Origin: Ruminococcus sp.
Lineage (GTDB): Bacteria > Bacillota > Clostridia > Oscillospirales > Ruminococcaceae
Length of the DNA stretch: 64,000 bases
Direction of reading: 5' to 3'
Assembly: GCA_017472145.1 (NCBI GenBank)
Contig: JAFUQX010000063.1
Coordinates: forward strand, 4,626-68,625
Shown: piece by piece, positions 1 to 8,927 of the stretch
Numbering within the stretch: the stretch's first letter is position 1
How the letters are laid out: every line of letters begins with the position of its first letter
Translations under genes and position numbers: made by a program
Notes under the pieces: generated by a model
The model's database searches: none
Told to the model about the DNA's origin: nothing
What the model saw: only the letters and a program-made list of their open reading frames with translations

Positions 1-222
1 TATCAGCAGCAGCAGGTAATCGGTTGTGTAGGTCATCTGCTTATAGAAAAAGCGGATGACAATCATATAGACGATGTCCAGGGAGAATACGGCAACGGTC
101 AGCGGCACGAGGTCCTGTATATCATCATATTTTCCTCGGAACAGGACAGCGGCCATCATGATCAGGTGCGTCATCAGCACCAGGATGGAAATTCGTCCGT
201 ATTTGAGCTTATTATGAAACAT
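1..222 (-). CDS. Membrane protein, N-terminal part (runs off window); possibly FtsW/RodA family
   Basis: Minus-strand ATG at 222-220 gives MFHNKLKYGRISILVLMTHLIMMAAVLF..., hydrophobic and open to the window edge. It sits 3 nt after the FHA gene stop. The family guess rests only on the FHA-FtsW gene order common in Firmicutes. Confidence 0.35.
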   Translation of the reverse strand, partial: MFHNKLKYGRISILVLMTHLIMMAAVLFRGKYDDIQDLVPLTVAVFSLDIVYMIVIRFFYKQMTYTTDYLLLLI

Positions 223-225
223 ATC

Positions 226-696
226 TTATCTTCGCCCCCTTTGATGCAGAATGACCGCCTTTGTACCAAATCGGATCTCATCACGGTCTTTCAGAAGCAT
301 CTGCTCCTGAACCTTTCGTCCATTGACATAGGTGCCGGACTTGGATTCCAGGTCAATGACACGCCAGACTCCGTTTGAGACACAGAGTACAGCGTGGTAT
401 CGTGAAATGCTCATATCCGGAAATCGGACATCAGCTGCTCCGTGCCGTCCGATGATAACCTCGTCGGCCGCCAGCGGGATCCGCTCGCCGGTAGCGCAGT
501 CGATCAGCTCCATATAGGCACTGACCTTGTCCCAGCGCCGCTCCTCGATCCGCTTTTCCTCCTTGGCCGCAGAGAAGATGGCAAAGACGCAGATAAAAAC
601 CATAAAGATGACCAATGCGCTTGCGATAATAGAAAACGGCGGGAAATTTCTGAGATTTTCAAGAATCGCCCGGAAGATTTCTTCATTCATATGCAT
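226..696 (-). CDS. FHA domain-containing membrane-anchored protein
   Basis: FHA signature IIGRHGAADVRFPDMSISRYHAVL...DLESKSGTYVNGRKV, with an N-terminal TM helix. Start trimmed to MHMNEE (ATG at 696). Confidence 0.85.
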   Translation of the reverse strand: MHMNEEIFRAILENLRNFPPFSIIASALVIFMVFICVFAIFSAAKEEKRIEERRWDKVSAYMELIDCATGERIPLAADEVIIGRHGAADVRFPDMSISRYHAVLCVSNGVWRVIDLESKSGTYVNGRKVQEQMLLKDRDEIRFGTKAVILHQRGRR

Positions 697-889
697 AACC
701 TGCTTTCTTTTTACGAATTTCTCCTGCCGGAGCAGGCATCCCATCCTTCTATTATAATATATTTTGCGATAAATAGCAAGCATATTATAAAGTTTCTTTT
801 AAAAAGCAAATCAAAAGGGCTTTCAGACTTGTAATTGAATCAATCCGGATATTTTTTTTGATTACTTTCAATAAAATTGCACAAAGGAC

Positions 890-918
890 TTGAAATTTAC
901 CTGGCGATATGCTATAAT
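890..918 (+). promoter_or_regulatory. Sigma-A-type promoter for hpf
   Basis: TTGAAA (890-895), 17 nt spacer, TATAAT (913-918). Confidence 0.5.
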
Positions 919-988
919 AGAAACAGAAAACAGATCCGTGATTTACAGTTTTGTTGTATGTTTCGGGTTGAACAAGGAGGTACACTAT

Positions 989-1513
989 ATGAAAATTACA
1001 ATCACAGCAAGAAAAATGCAAGTTCCGCAGAATTTCACCGACTATGCCGAGGAACGGATTTCGTCCAAGCTGGATAAGTTCTTCGGAGACGAGGCCGATG
1101 CAAAGATCACCCTGTCTGAGCACAAGTCCCAGATCATCCTTGAGCTGACCGTATTTTACAACAATATGATCTACCGTGCAGAGCAGTCTGCTGAGGATAA
1201 GAGAGATGCACTGGATGCGTCTATCGACAAGATCATTCGTCAGATCCGGAAAAACAAGACCCGTGTAGAGAAGAAGCTGAAGGAAAACGCCTTCAAGGAA
1301 GCTTATGCAGATGAGGTTGCGGAGAGCAGCTATGAGGTTATCCGCCATAAGAAGTTCAAGATGCATCCCATGGATGTGGAGGAGGCCATTCTCCAGATGA
1401 ATCTGCTGGGTCACAGCTTCTTTATGTTCACCAATGCAGCTACTGGCGAAACCAATGTGGTTTACAAGCGTGCGGATGATAAATACGCAGTGCTGGAGCC
1501 AGACTTTGAATAA
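989..1513 (+). CDS. hpf: Ribosome hibernation-promoting factor (long form)
   Basis: MKITITARKMQVPQNFTDYAEERI... N-terminal S30AE/HPF domain plus C-terminal dimerisation domain (HKKFKMHPMDVEEAILQMNLLGHSFFMF). RBS AAGGAGG at 974-980. Confidence 0.9.
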   Translation: MKITITARKMQVPQNFTDYAEERISSKLDKFFGDEADAKITLSEHKSQIILELTVFYNNMIYRAEQSAEDKRDALDASIDKIIRQIRKNKTRVEKKLKENAFKEAYADEVAESSYEVIRHKKFKMHPMDVEEAILQMNLLGHSFFMFTNAATGETNVVYKRADDKYAVLEPDFE

Positions 1514-1535
1514 GTCGTGATTGAATGAAATGCAG

Positions 1536-1569
1536 TCCCTGTCCGGTACTATGCCGGGCAGGGATTTTT
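1536..1569 (+). terminator. Intrinsic terminator after hpf
   Basis: Stem TCCCTGTCCGG / CCGGGCAGGGA followed by TTTTT. Confidence 0.6.
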
Positions 1570-1636
1570 GCTGTTGCAAGCCGGAGCTGGATGTGGTATA
1601 ATGAGAGCGAAGATTTTTGGCAGAAAGGGCGATAAA

Positions 1637-1978
1637 ATGAACATACAGATTTTTGGTGTAAAAAAGTGCTTTGATACAAAGAAGGCCGAGAGATATTTCA
1701 AGGAGCGCAGGGTAAAATATCAGATGATCGATATGAAGGAGAAGGGGATGAGCCGGGGTGAATTTAACAGCATTATAAAGGCTGTAGGCGGACTGGAGGC
1801 ATTGATTGATGAAAAATGCAGAGATCAGGAGCTGCTTGTGCTGCTGAAGTATCTGAGTGATTCAGATAAGCTGGAAAAGGTTTTTGAGAATCAGCATGTG
1901 ATAAAAACACCCATTGTGCGAAATGGAAAGGCGGCCTCAGTAGGATTCCAGCCGGATGTATGGAAAAGCTGGGAATAA
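1637..1978 (+). CDS. ArsC/Spx-family (YffB-like) protein
   Basis: MNIQIFGVKKCFDTKKAERYFKERRVKYQMIDM..., a thioredoxin-like ArsC-family N-terminus with CxxT. Start trimmed to ATG at 1637. Confidence 0.8.
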   Translation: MNIQIFGVKKCFDTKKAERYFKERRVKYQMIDMKEKGMSRGEFNSIIKAVGGLEALIDEKCRDQELLVLLKYLSDSDKLEKVFENQHVIKTPIVRNGKAASVGFQPDVWKSWE

Positions 1979-1996
1979 GGGAAAAGGAGAAGATCT

Positions 1997-3259
1997 ATGA
2001 GTGATATGCTTTTGAAAGAGGAATTTCCGCCGAAGGCGATTCTTATTAGTGTGGATACGGGTGAATTTGATGCGGAGCTTTCTGTGCAGGAGCTGTGGGA
2101 GCTTGCAAAAACAGCCGGTGCTGAGCCGGTGTTGACCAGCATCCAGAAGCGGCCGTCCTGTGACAGTGCGACCTGTGTAGGGAAGGGGCGGCTTCTGGAG
2201 ATCAAGGAGGCGATTGAAAGCCATGAGATCACCCTTGCGATTTTTGATCTGGAGCTGACGGCCAATCAGACAAAAAATATCGAGGATATTCTGGATATAC
2301 AGGTCATTGACCGGACAACGCTGATTCTGGACATTTTCGCTCAGCGGGCCCGTACCAAGGAAGGACGCATTCAGGTAGAGCTGGCGCAGAATCAGTATCG
2401 GCTGGCGCATCTGGCCGGAAAGGGTGTCATGCTGTCCCGTCTGGGCGGCGGTATCGGTACAAGAGGTCCGGGTGAATCCAAGCTGGAAACAGACAAGCGG
2501 CACATCCGCCGCCGGATCGATACGCTGAAGGGAGAGCTTGCCAAAACAGAAAAGCGCCGTGAACAGCACCGGCAGCGCCGGAAGAAGGATGGGATTCTTG
2601 CAGCAGCGATTGTGGGTTATACCAACGCGGGAAAATCCACGCTGCTCAATGCTCTGACCGATGCCGGAGTTCTGGCGGAGGACAAGCTGTTTGCGACTCT
2701 TGACCCTACCTCCCGTATGTTGACTTTGCCGGATGGCCGCAGCATAATGCTGATCGATACAGTAGGGCTTATCCGCCGGCTGCCTCATCAGCTGGTAGAG
2801 GCCTTTAAGAGCACACTGGAGGAGGCTGCTAATGCTGACCTGATTCTGAATCTGATCGATATCAGCACAGAAGACGGCCAGCAGCAGGCCGAGGTGACAA
2901 ACGAGGTGCTCGGAGAGCTGGGGTGCAGTGGGATCCCGCAGATTTATGTATTCAACAAGGCCGATCTGCTGCCGGAGGATATCTGCATTCCTACAGATGA
3001 CCGCACGGTGCTGATATCTGCTCGGAAGCAGGAGGGCTTTGAGGAGCTGCTGCACTGTATTGCTCGGAATCTCCCCAAAACAGCGCTTCGGAAGCGGCTG
3101 CTGATTCCCTATACAGAGACAGCACTGATACACGCCATTCGTCAGGAGGGAAAGATTTTTTCAGAGGAGTTTCTTCCGGAGGGAACGTTGATCGAGGCCC
3201 TTGTGGATCATAAAATGCTTTATCAGACAGAGCCCTACGAAGCTGCTGAAGAGGAGTAG
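1997..3259 (+). CDS. hflX: GTPase HflX
   Basis: HflX N-domain (DRTTLILDIFAQRARTKEGRIQVELAQ, GGGIGTRGPGESKLE) and G-domain (GYTNAGKSTLLNALT, DTVG, NKAD). Confidence 0.9.
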   Translation: MSDMLLKEEFPPKAILISVDTGEFDAELSVQELWELAKTAGAEPVLTSIQKRPSCDSATCVGKGRLLEIKEAIESHEITLAIFDLELTANQTKNIEDILDIQVIDRTTLILDIFAQRARTKEGRIQVELAQNQYRLAHLAGKGVMLSRLGGGIGTRGPGESKLETDKRHIRRRIDTLKGELAKTEKRREQHRQRRKKDGILAAAIVGYTNAGKSTLLNALTDAGVLAEDKLFATLDPTSRMLTLPDGRSIMLIDTVGLIRRLPHQLVEAFKSTLEEAANADLILNLIDISTEDGQQQAEVTNEVLGELGCSGIPQIYVFNKADLLPEDICIPTDDRTVLISARKQEGFEELLHCIARNLPKTALRKRLLIPYTETALIHAIRQEGKIFSEEFLPEGTLIEALVDHKMLYQTEPYEAAEEE

Positions 3260-3303
3260 ACTTTGCACACAAAAAAATGGCAGAAGAAAATTGAGGTGAG
3301 ACT

Positions 3304-4017
3304 ATGCCGATCAGGATCGCCCTCTGCGATGATGAGCCGCAGCAGATCATGCAGATGAGAAGGCTGCTTCAGGAATGGAATGCAGATAAAGCTTCAGAAA
3401 TTGAAATTCGTGCGTATAACAGTGCGGAGCAGTTTTTGTTTGACTATGAAGCAAATCCCTGCGATCTGCTTCTGCTGGATATTGAAATGAACGGTATTAA
3501 CGGCATGGAGCTTGCGAAAACACTCCGAACCAAGGGCGATATGCTGCCTATTGTATTCATCACAGGCTTTTCAGAATACATGGCGGACGGCTATGATGTG
3601 GAAGCGCTCCACTATCTGCTTAAGCCTGTAAGAAAGGAAAAGCTTTTTGAGGTTCTGGAGAGATTTTCGGCCAGAGGACAGATCCGCACACAGGTTCTCC
3701 TTCCCTGCGAGAATGGCACGATGCGCATTTCAGAGGATTCAATTCTCTATTGTGAAGCAATGGGCAAGCAAACGCATTTGTTTTTGTCCGATGGCCAGAA
3801 GCTCATCTGCACCTGCGGTATCAGCAAGCTTGCCAAAGAGCTGAGCCATGATTTTATTCCATGTCATCGTTCTTACCTCATTCACCTGCGTTTCATTCGC
3901 AGCATCAGCAAAACGGCGGTGACCATGGACAACGGACAGGAGCTGCCGCTGTCCCGCAGGTTGTATGAGAGTGTCAATCGGGCCTTTATCGTTTACTACA
4001 GGGAGAAGTTGTCATGA
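3304..4017 (+). CDS. LytTR-family response regulator
   Basis: Receiver domain (IALCDDE...LLLLDIEM) plus C-terminal LytTR DNA-binding domain (FIPCHRSYLIHLRFI). Confidence 0.9.
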   Translation: MPIRIALCDDEPQQIMQMRRLLQEWNADKASEIEIRAYNSAEQFLFDYEANPCDLLLLDIEMNGINGMELAKTLRTKGDMLPIVFITGFSEYMADGYDVEALHYLLKPVRKEKLFEVLERFSARGQIRTQVLLPCENGTMRISEDSILYCEAMGKQTHLFLSDGQKLICTCGISKLAKELSHDFIPCHRSYLIHLRFIRSISKTAVTMDNGQELPLSRRLYESVNRAFIVYYREKLS

Positions 4018-4745
4018 AAATGGAATGGATCATTCTCATAATACTCGTCCTGCTCCTGCTGGGAATTGCTGCATTTTTTGGCATCCGTGCGCTGATTTTC
4101 CACATCGTGGATAAGCGGATCGAACGGTTTCAGAATGACCTGATTGCCAAGCAGACCGCCGAAATCCAGAACATGTACCGTCAGATGCAGGAGTGGCGGC
4201 ATGATTACCGGGGGCATATCCAGAACATGAAGAATCGTCTGGAATCGGAAAATCAGTCAGAGCTGGAGCAGTATCTTGACGATCTGACCGATGATCTTAC
4301 CATGGCGGACACCTCTATCCAGACAGGCAATGTTATGGCTGACGCTGTACTGAACAGCAAGCTGTCTGTAGCCGGGCAAAAGCAGATCCGTCTGAATGTC
4401 AAAGCGCACATTCCGCATGGTACTCCCATGACAGATGTGGAGCTGTGTTCCGTGCTGGGCAATCTCCTTGACAATGCAATGGAGGCTTGCGAAAAGCTGC
4501 CGGTGGATACTCGTTTTCTTCGGGTGTACATCCATAAATTCAAGGGGCAATTCTATTTATCTGTACAGAATTCCGCTGGTGAAGTCCGCAGAAAGAATGG
4601 TGTATTCTGTTCCAGCAAGCAGGGAGATCATGGCTTTGGACTGTTCCGTATTGACCGTATCGCAAAGAAGTACGGCGGCTATGTGAACAGACAGTATGAG
4701 GAAGGTGTGTTTGCGACAGAGCTGATGATTCCAATTGAAAATTGA
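4014..4745 (+). CDS. GHKL sensor histidine kinase (HPK10-like, single TM helix)
   Basis: One N-terminal TM, H-box WRHDYRGHIQN, N-box LGNLLDNAMEA, G-box GDHGFGL. Start overlaps the regulator's stop (ATGA). Confidence 0.8.
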   Translation: MKMEWIILIILVLLLLGIAAFFGIRALIFHIVDKRIERFQNDLIAKQTAEIQNMYRQMQEWRHDYRGHIQNMKNRLESENQSELEQYLDDLTDDLTMADTSIQTGNVMADAVLNSKLSVAGQKQIRLNVKAHIPHGTPMTDVELCSVLGNLLDNAMEACEKLPVDTRFLRVYIHKFKGQFYLSVQNSAGEVRRKNGVFCSSKQGDHGFGLFRIDRIAKKYGGYVNRQYEEGVFATELMIPIEN

Positions 4746-4851
4746 AAATTGTGGTGTCTGCTGACGCAGATGGATTTAAAATTAATCGCCGCAGGCGATA
4801 CCGCAATTGTTCATTATCCATTGTCAATTGCAGCAACTCGTTCCGTATATT

Positions 4852-4889
4852 GACCGTTCGTTCCATTTTTTACACGAACGGTCTTTTTT
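4852..4889 (+). terminator. Intrinsic terminator after the two-component genes
   Basis: Stem GACCGTTCGT / ACGAACGGTC followed by TTTTTT. A TGcTACAAT extended -10 follows at 4891-4899. Confidence 0.65.
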
Positions 4890-4917
4890 ATGCTACAATA
4901 GAACCGAGGTGAAGGCT

Positions 4918-6801
4918 ATGGCAAAAACGAAAATCAAAATCCAGAAATACGAACGTTCCAAACAGAAAAAAGCATGGACGCTCTGGTACAAGGAGCGGGA
5001 CGAAGCGTCCCACACTGTCCTCCAGAATATGCTTTGGGTCATCCGGGAGTCGTGGAAATCCAGCAAGGCGATTGCACTCTGTATGTTTCTTGTTATTGTT
5101 GGACGGACGCTGGAAAGCCTGTGTGGCAGTTATACGAACAAGTATGTGGTGGAGCTGGCCCTGGGGACATCCTCCCGTGTCACCCTTGCGATTATTACGC
5201 TGATGCTGATCATCGGAGGAAGACTATTCCGCAGTATTGCCAATGAGGCCGGCGGCTATGATAGGTATGTCGCCTCCTTCCGTTTCAAGAAGGTTCTGCA
5301 TCGCAGGCTCATGAAAAAGCAGATGACTATGGATTATGAAAATAATGAGAAACCATCGGTCAATGACAATCTCAAGAAAGCTGCTACGGCCAATTCATGG
5401 ATCATCAGTGCCGCCAACCGAAATATGGAGGAGCTGATGATCGCCCTGCTGGGAATCGTATCCTATGGCAGTATCCTGTCCATTTTAAGTCCCATAATGC
5501 TCCTTATCGTGGCCGTGCCGGCCATTGCAGGATACTACATCAACAAGCACAAAATGCTGTGGGTCTGGGGGATGGCAGAAAACTGGCAGAGCTATGAACG
5601 AGAACTGGACTATATCACAAGTGCGGGGATGAGTTATAAGCGGGGGAAGGATGTCCGCCTGTTCAGGATGGAGAATTGGCTTACTGATCTCTTTCAGCGT
5701 TCGCTGAAAAAGCGTCTCGACTGGTACGAACAGCAGGATGCATGGGAACGCAGGTGGGATATTCTTGCACTCACCGTGCAGGGCCTGGGCAATTTTGCAG
5801 CTTATGCCTATGTCATTTATCTCGTTCTTTCAGGGAATATCGGCGTTGGCTCGTTTGTGCTGTACTTTAATTCCATCCAGAATCTGTCCCAGGCGTTCCG
5901 GGACTGGTGTGATAAATATTCGGGATTTCAGTGGTTCTCCAATAACATCAACTATATGCGGGACTACTGCGATATGAAGGATAGCACCAACCGTGGTGTG
6001 GGTGTACCGCTGCCGGAGGGTGAATGTGAGATCGAATTCAGAAATGTGACCTATACTTATGCAGGTGCAGAAGAACCGACCCTGCAGAATCTTTCGTTTA
6101 CACTGAAAAAAGGCGAAAAGCTGGCGCTTGTAGGTCTGAACGGTGCAGGTAAGACCACCATTATCAAGCTGCTCTGCGGACTCTATGACCCGACGGAGGG
6201 AGAGATTCTCCTGAACGGCGTGAATGTCAAGGCATTTAACCGTGAGGAATATTTTACGATGTTCTCCACAGTCTTTCAGGATATATCGTTCCTGCCTGTG
6301 ACGGTTGCAGAAAACATTACTATGCAGCATAAAACAGATATGGATATGGAAAAACTCGATCAATGTCTGCAAAAAGCCGGAATATACGAGAAAATACAGA
6401 GTCTTCCGCAGGGACTGGACAGCCGCATGATCCGCTGTGTCTACGAGGATGCGGTGGAATTTTCGGGTGGCGAGATGCAGAAGCTGGCCCTGGCCAGAGC
6501 CTTGTACAAGAATGCCCCGGTGCTTTTGCTGGATGAGCCGACTGCGGCCCTTGACCCCATCGCAGAGCAGGAAATGTATCTGCAATATGCGGAATTTTCC
6601 AAGGATAAGTCCAGCATATTTATTTCTCACCGCCTTGCATCCACAAGGTTCTGTGACCGCATTCTGCTCATCGAAAACGGCCGTATTGCGGAGGAGGGGA
6701 CGCATTCGGAGCTGATGCAGCGAAGCGGTAAATATGCGGAGCTGTTTGAGCTTCAGAGCAGCTACTACAACAAGAAGGAGGATGAGGATTTTGACGCATA
6801 A
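4918..6801 (+). CDS. ABC transporter permease/ATP-binding protein (ABCB-type half transporter)
   Basis: N-terminal TM domain, Walker A GLNGAGKTT, signature SGGEMQK, Walker B LLLDEPT. Start trimmed to MAKTKIK (ATG at 4918). Confidence 0.9.
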   Translation: MAKTKIKIQKYERSKQKKAWTLWYKERDEASHTVLQNMLWVIRESWKSSKAIALCMFLVIVGRTLESLCGSYTNKYVVELALGTSSRVTLAIITLMLIIGGRLFRSIANEAGGYDRYVASFRFKKVLHRRLMKKQMTMDYENNEKPSVNDNLKKAATANSWIISAANRNMEELMIALLGIVSYGSILSILSPIMLLIVAVPAIAGYYINKHKMLWVWGMAENWQSYERELDYITSAGMSYKRGKDVRLFRMENWLTDLFQRSLKKRLDWYEQQDAWERRWDILALTVQGLGNFAAYAYVIYLVLSGNIGVGSFVLYFNSIQNLSQAFRDWCDKYSGFQWFSNNINYMRDYCDMKDSTNRGVGVPLPEGECEIEFRNVTYTYAGAEEPTLQNLSFTLKKGEKLALVGLNGAGKTTIIKLLCGLYDPTEGEILLNGVNVKAFNREEYFTMFSTVFQDISFLPVTVAENITMQHKTDMDMEKLDQCLQKAGIYEKIQSLPQGLDSRMIRCVYEDAVEFSGGEMQKLALARALYKNAPVLLLDEPTAALDPIAEQEMYLQYAEFSKDKSSIFISHRLASTRFCDRILLIENGRIAEEGTHSELMQRSGKYAELFELQSSYYNKKEDEDFDA

Positions 6802-8674
6802 GGAACAGAGAAAAGCCGATTTTGCGATATGCAGGCGGGCACTGAAGCTGATTGATTTTGCGGATAAAGGACATACTGTTCGTTCAGCGGCCAATGATAT
6901 ATTCAGTCTGATTTCTGCCTATGTGAATATTGCACTTGCGGCCATCGTGGTAAACGGAATTGAGTGCGGCGAGGATTTCAGTACACTCCTTCTGAAAGCA
7001 GGCCTTGTGTCCGGTATCGAAATGCTTTGCTGGATCATATCACGTTCCTTCCGCAGAAGATACAACTGTCATGATTTTCTGCTGAATCAGAACCTGAATC
7101 AGGTGTTGGTCAAAAAGATCACCGGAATGGATTTTGTGCGATTGGAGGACAGCCGCACACATCAGGCGTTTCATAAAGCAAGGCAATACATGCTCGAAAG
7201 GCAGGGTCTCATAGGACTGGAGATGTATTTCGTTTTCTTTGTATATGGTGTATTACAGCTTATCATTGGTCTTATTGTGATTTTCCCTCTTGCCTTTGCG
7301 AAGCAGACGGTTACTACAGGCTTTACAGGTTTCATCCAGTCCGTGTGGGGATTGCTTGCGCTGATCGCTGTAGTGACCGTGCTGGAGGTGATCAAAGGAA
7401 CATTCATCAACAAAAAGTCCTTTGGAATTGAAAATGAAGCACGCACCGGTGTAAATTCTCTCCGACTCTATGCGCTGGGCGGTGAGCTGGAAGAGCATGT
7501 ACTGCACAATTACCGCAGCGGCAAGGATATCCGCCTGTACGGACAGCAGAAGCTGATTCTCTCTAAGATAGAGGAAATTGTCAATACCCATTGCAGGATC
7601 TGGCACAGAGCCTGTATGCGGCTTTTAGGCCCAAGCAGTGCATTTGCAGGTATCAGCATTCTGACAAGGGCGCTGATGTTTGGTTTTGCTGTATACCGAT
7701 GTGCAACAGGCCTGCTCAGTGCAGGCGATGTGATTGCATTTTCCCTTTATTTTACACAGATTCAGAACGGGATTTCCAATATCTCCGAAGCAATCGGATG
7801 GGTGAAGATCTGCATTCCGAATTGCAGGTATGTCTTTGATTTTCTCGACATTCCCGACGAAAAATACATGGGAACGATTCCGACTGAAAAGCGGGATGAC
7901 AATGAATACGAATTTGAGTTCAGACATGTCTGGTTCAGATATCCCGGCTGTGAGGAATACACCCTCAAGGACATTAATCTCAAGTGGAAGATCGGCGAGA
8001 AGATGGCGCTTGTGGGGCGCAATGGCTGCGGAAAATCCACGCTGGTGAAGCTCCTGTGCAGGCTCTATGACCCTACAGAGGGTGAGATCACGCTCAATGG
8101 AATCAACATCAAAAAATATAAGTATGAGGACTATATGGCGCTGTTTTCCGTGTTATTTCAGGATTCCCGGCTGTTTTCGTTCAGTCTGGCGGAGAATGTG
8201 GCGGCAAGCACGGATTATGATGCTCAGCGTGTGACGGAGTGTGTGAAGCGTGCAGGACTTTCCAAGTGGCTGGAAACACAGCCTTATGGGATCGATACCA
8301 GTCTGTACAAGGATTTTGATGCGGAGGGTGTGGAGATTTCCGGCGGTGAAGAGCAAAAGCTCTGCCTTGCACGAGCAATTTATAAAGGTGCGCCGTTTAT
8401 TGTACTGGATGAGCCGACTGCGGCTCTGGATCCGATTTCGGAGCATGATATTTACACGAAGTTCAACAGCATTGTAGGTACACGAACGGCGATTTATATT
8501 TCCCACAGATTGTCAAGCTGTCGTTTTTGTGATGAGATCACCGTTATGGAAAACGGACGGATTGCAGAGCGCGGCGGCCATGAAGCGCTGCTGGAGAAGC
8601 AGGGCGTATATCAGAAGCTCTGGACGGCTCAGGCGGAGTATTACAAGGATACGGCCGGGACGCTGTATGCTTAG
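6782..8674 (+). CDS. ABC transporter permease/ATP-binding protein (partner half transporter)
   Basis: Walker A GRNGCGKST, signature SGGEEQK, Walker B IVLDEPT. ATG at 6782 follows RBS AAGGAGG and overlaps the upstream gene by 20 nt. Confidence 0.9.
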   Translation: MRILTHKEQRKADFAICRRALKLIDFADKGHTVRSAANDIFSLISAYVNIALAAIVVNGIECGEDFSTLLLKAGLVSGIEMLCWIISRSFRRRYNCHDFLLNQNLNQVLVKKITGMDFVRLEDSRTHQAFHKARQYMLERQGLIGLEMYFVFFVYGVLQLIIGLIVIFPLAFAKQTVTTGFTGFIQSVWGLLALIAVVTVLEVIKGTFINKKSFGIENEARTGVNSLRLYALGGELEEHVLHNYRSGKDIRLYGQQKLILSKIEEIVNTHCRIWHRACMRLLGPSSAFAGISILTRALMFGFAVYRCATGLLSAGDVIAFSLYFTQIQNGISNISEAIGWVKICIPNCRYVFDFLDIPDEKYMGTIPTEKRDDNEYEFEFRHVWFRYPGCEEYTLKDINLKWKIGEKMALVGRNGCGKSTLVKLLCRLYDPTEGEITLNGINIKKYKYEDYMALFSVLFQDSRLFSFSLAENVAASTDYDAQRVTECVKRAGLSKWLETQPYGIDTSLYKDFDAEGVEISGGEEQKLCLARAIYKGAPFIVLDEPTAALDPISEHDIYTKFNSIVGTRTAIYISHRLSSCRFCDEITVMENGRIAERGGHEALLEKQGVYQKLWTAQAEYYKDTAGTLYA

Positions 8675-8690
8675 CCGATAAATACAAAAA

Positions 8691-8725
8691 GGGACTGTTC
8701 AGAACAGGAGCAGTCCCTTACTTTG
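8691..8725 (+). terminator. Intrinsic terminator after the ABC pair
   Basis: Stem GGGACTG / CAGTCCC followed by a T-rich tail. Confidence 0.5.
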
Positions 8726-8927
8726 TCTCATAGTATTGGTCATAAAACGAATGCCGCCTCAGGGCAGTTTTTGCAGTAATCGATCTGGTACGGATACTTA
8801 CAGATTTGTTCAGACTGTATAATTTCTATTGACAATTCTGTATAGTTATAGTATGATATATATTGAATGGAAACGGCTTGTGACTGTTTCTTTTTGTATA
8901 GAGAGATTGAGGAGGAATACGAATACT

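Noticed and set aside
3304-4745. Interpretation as an agr-type quorum-sensing locus
   Set aside because: There is no AgrB-like protease or AgrD-like peptide ORF in the flanks. The kinase also lacks the multi-pass sensor domain of AgrC.
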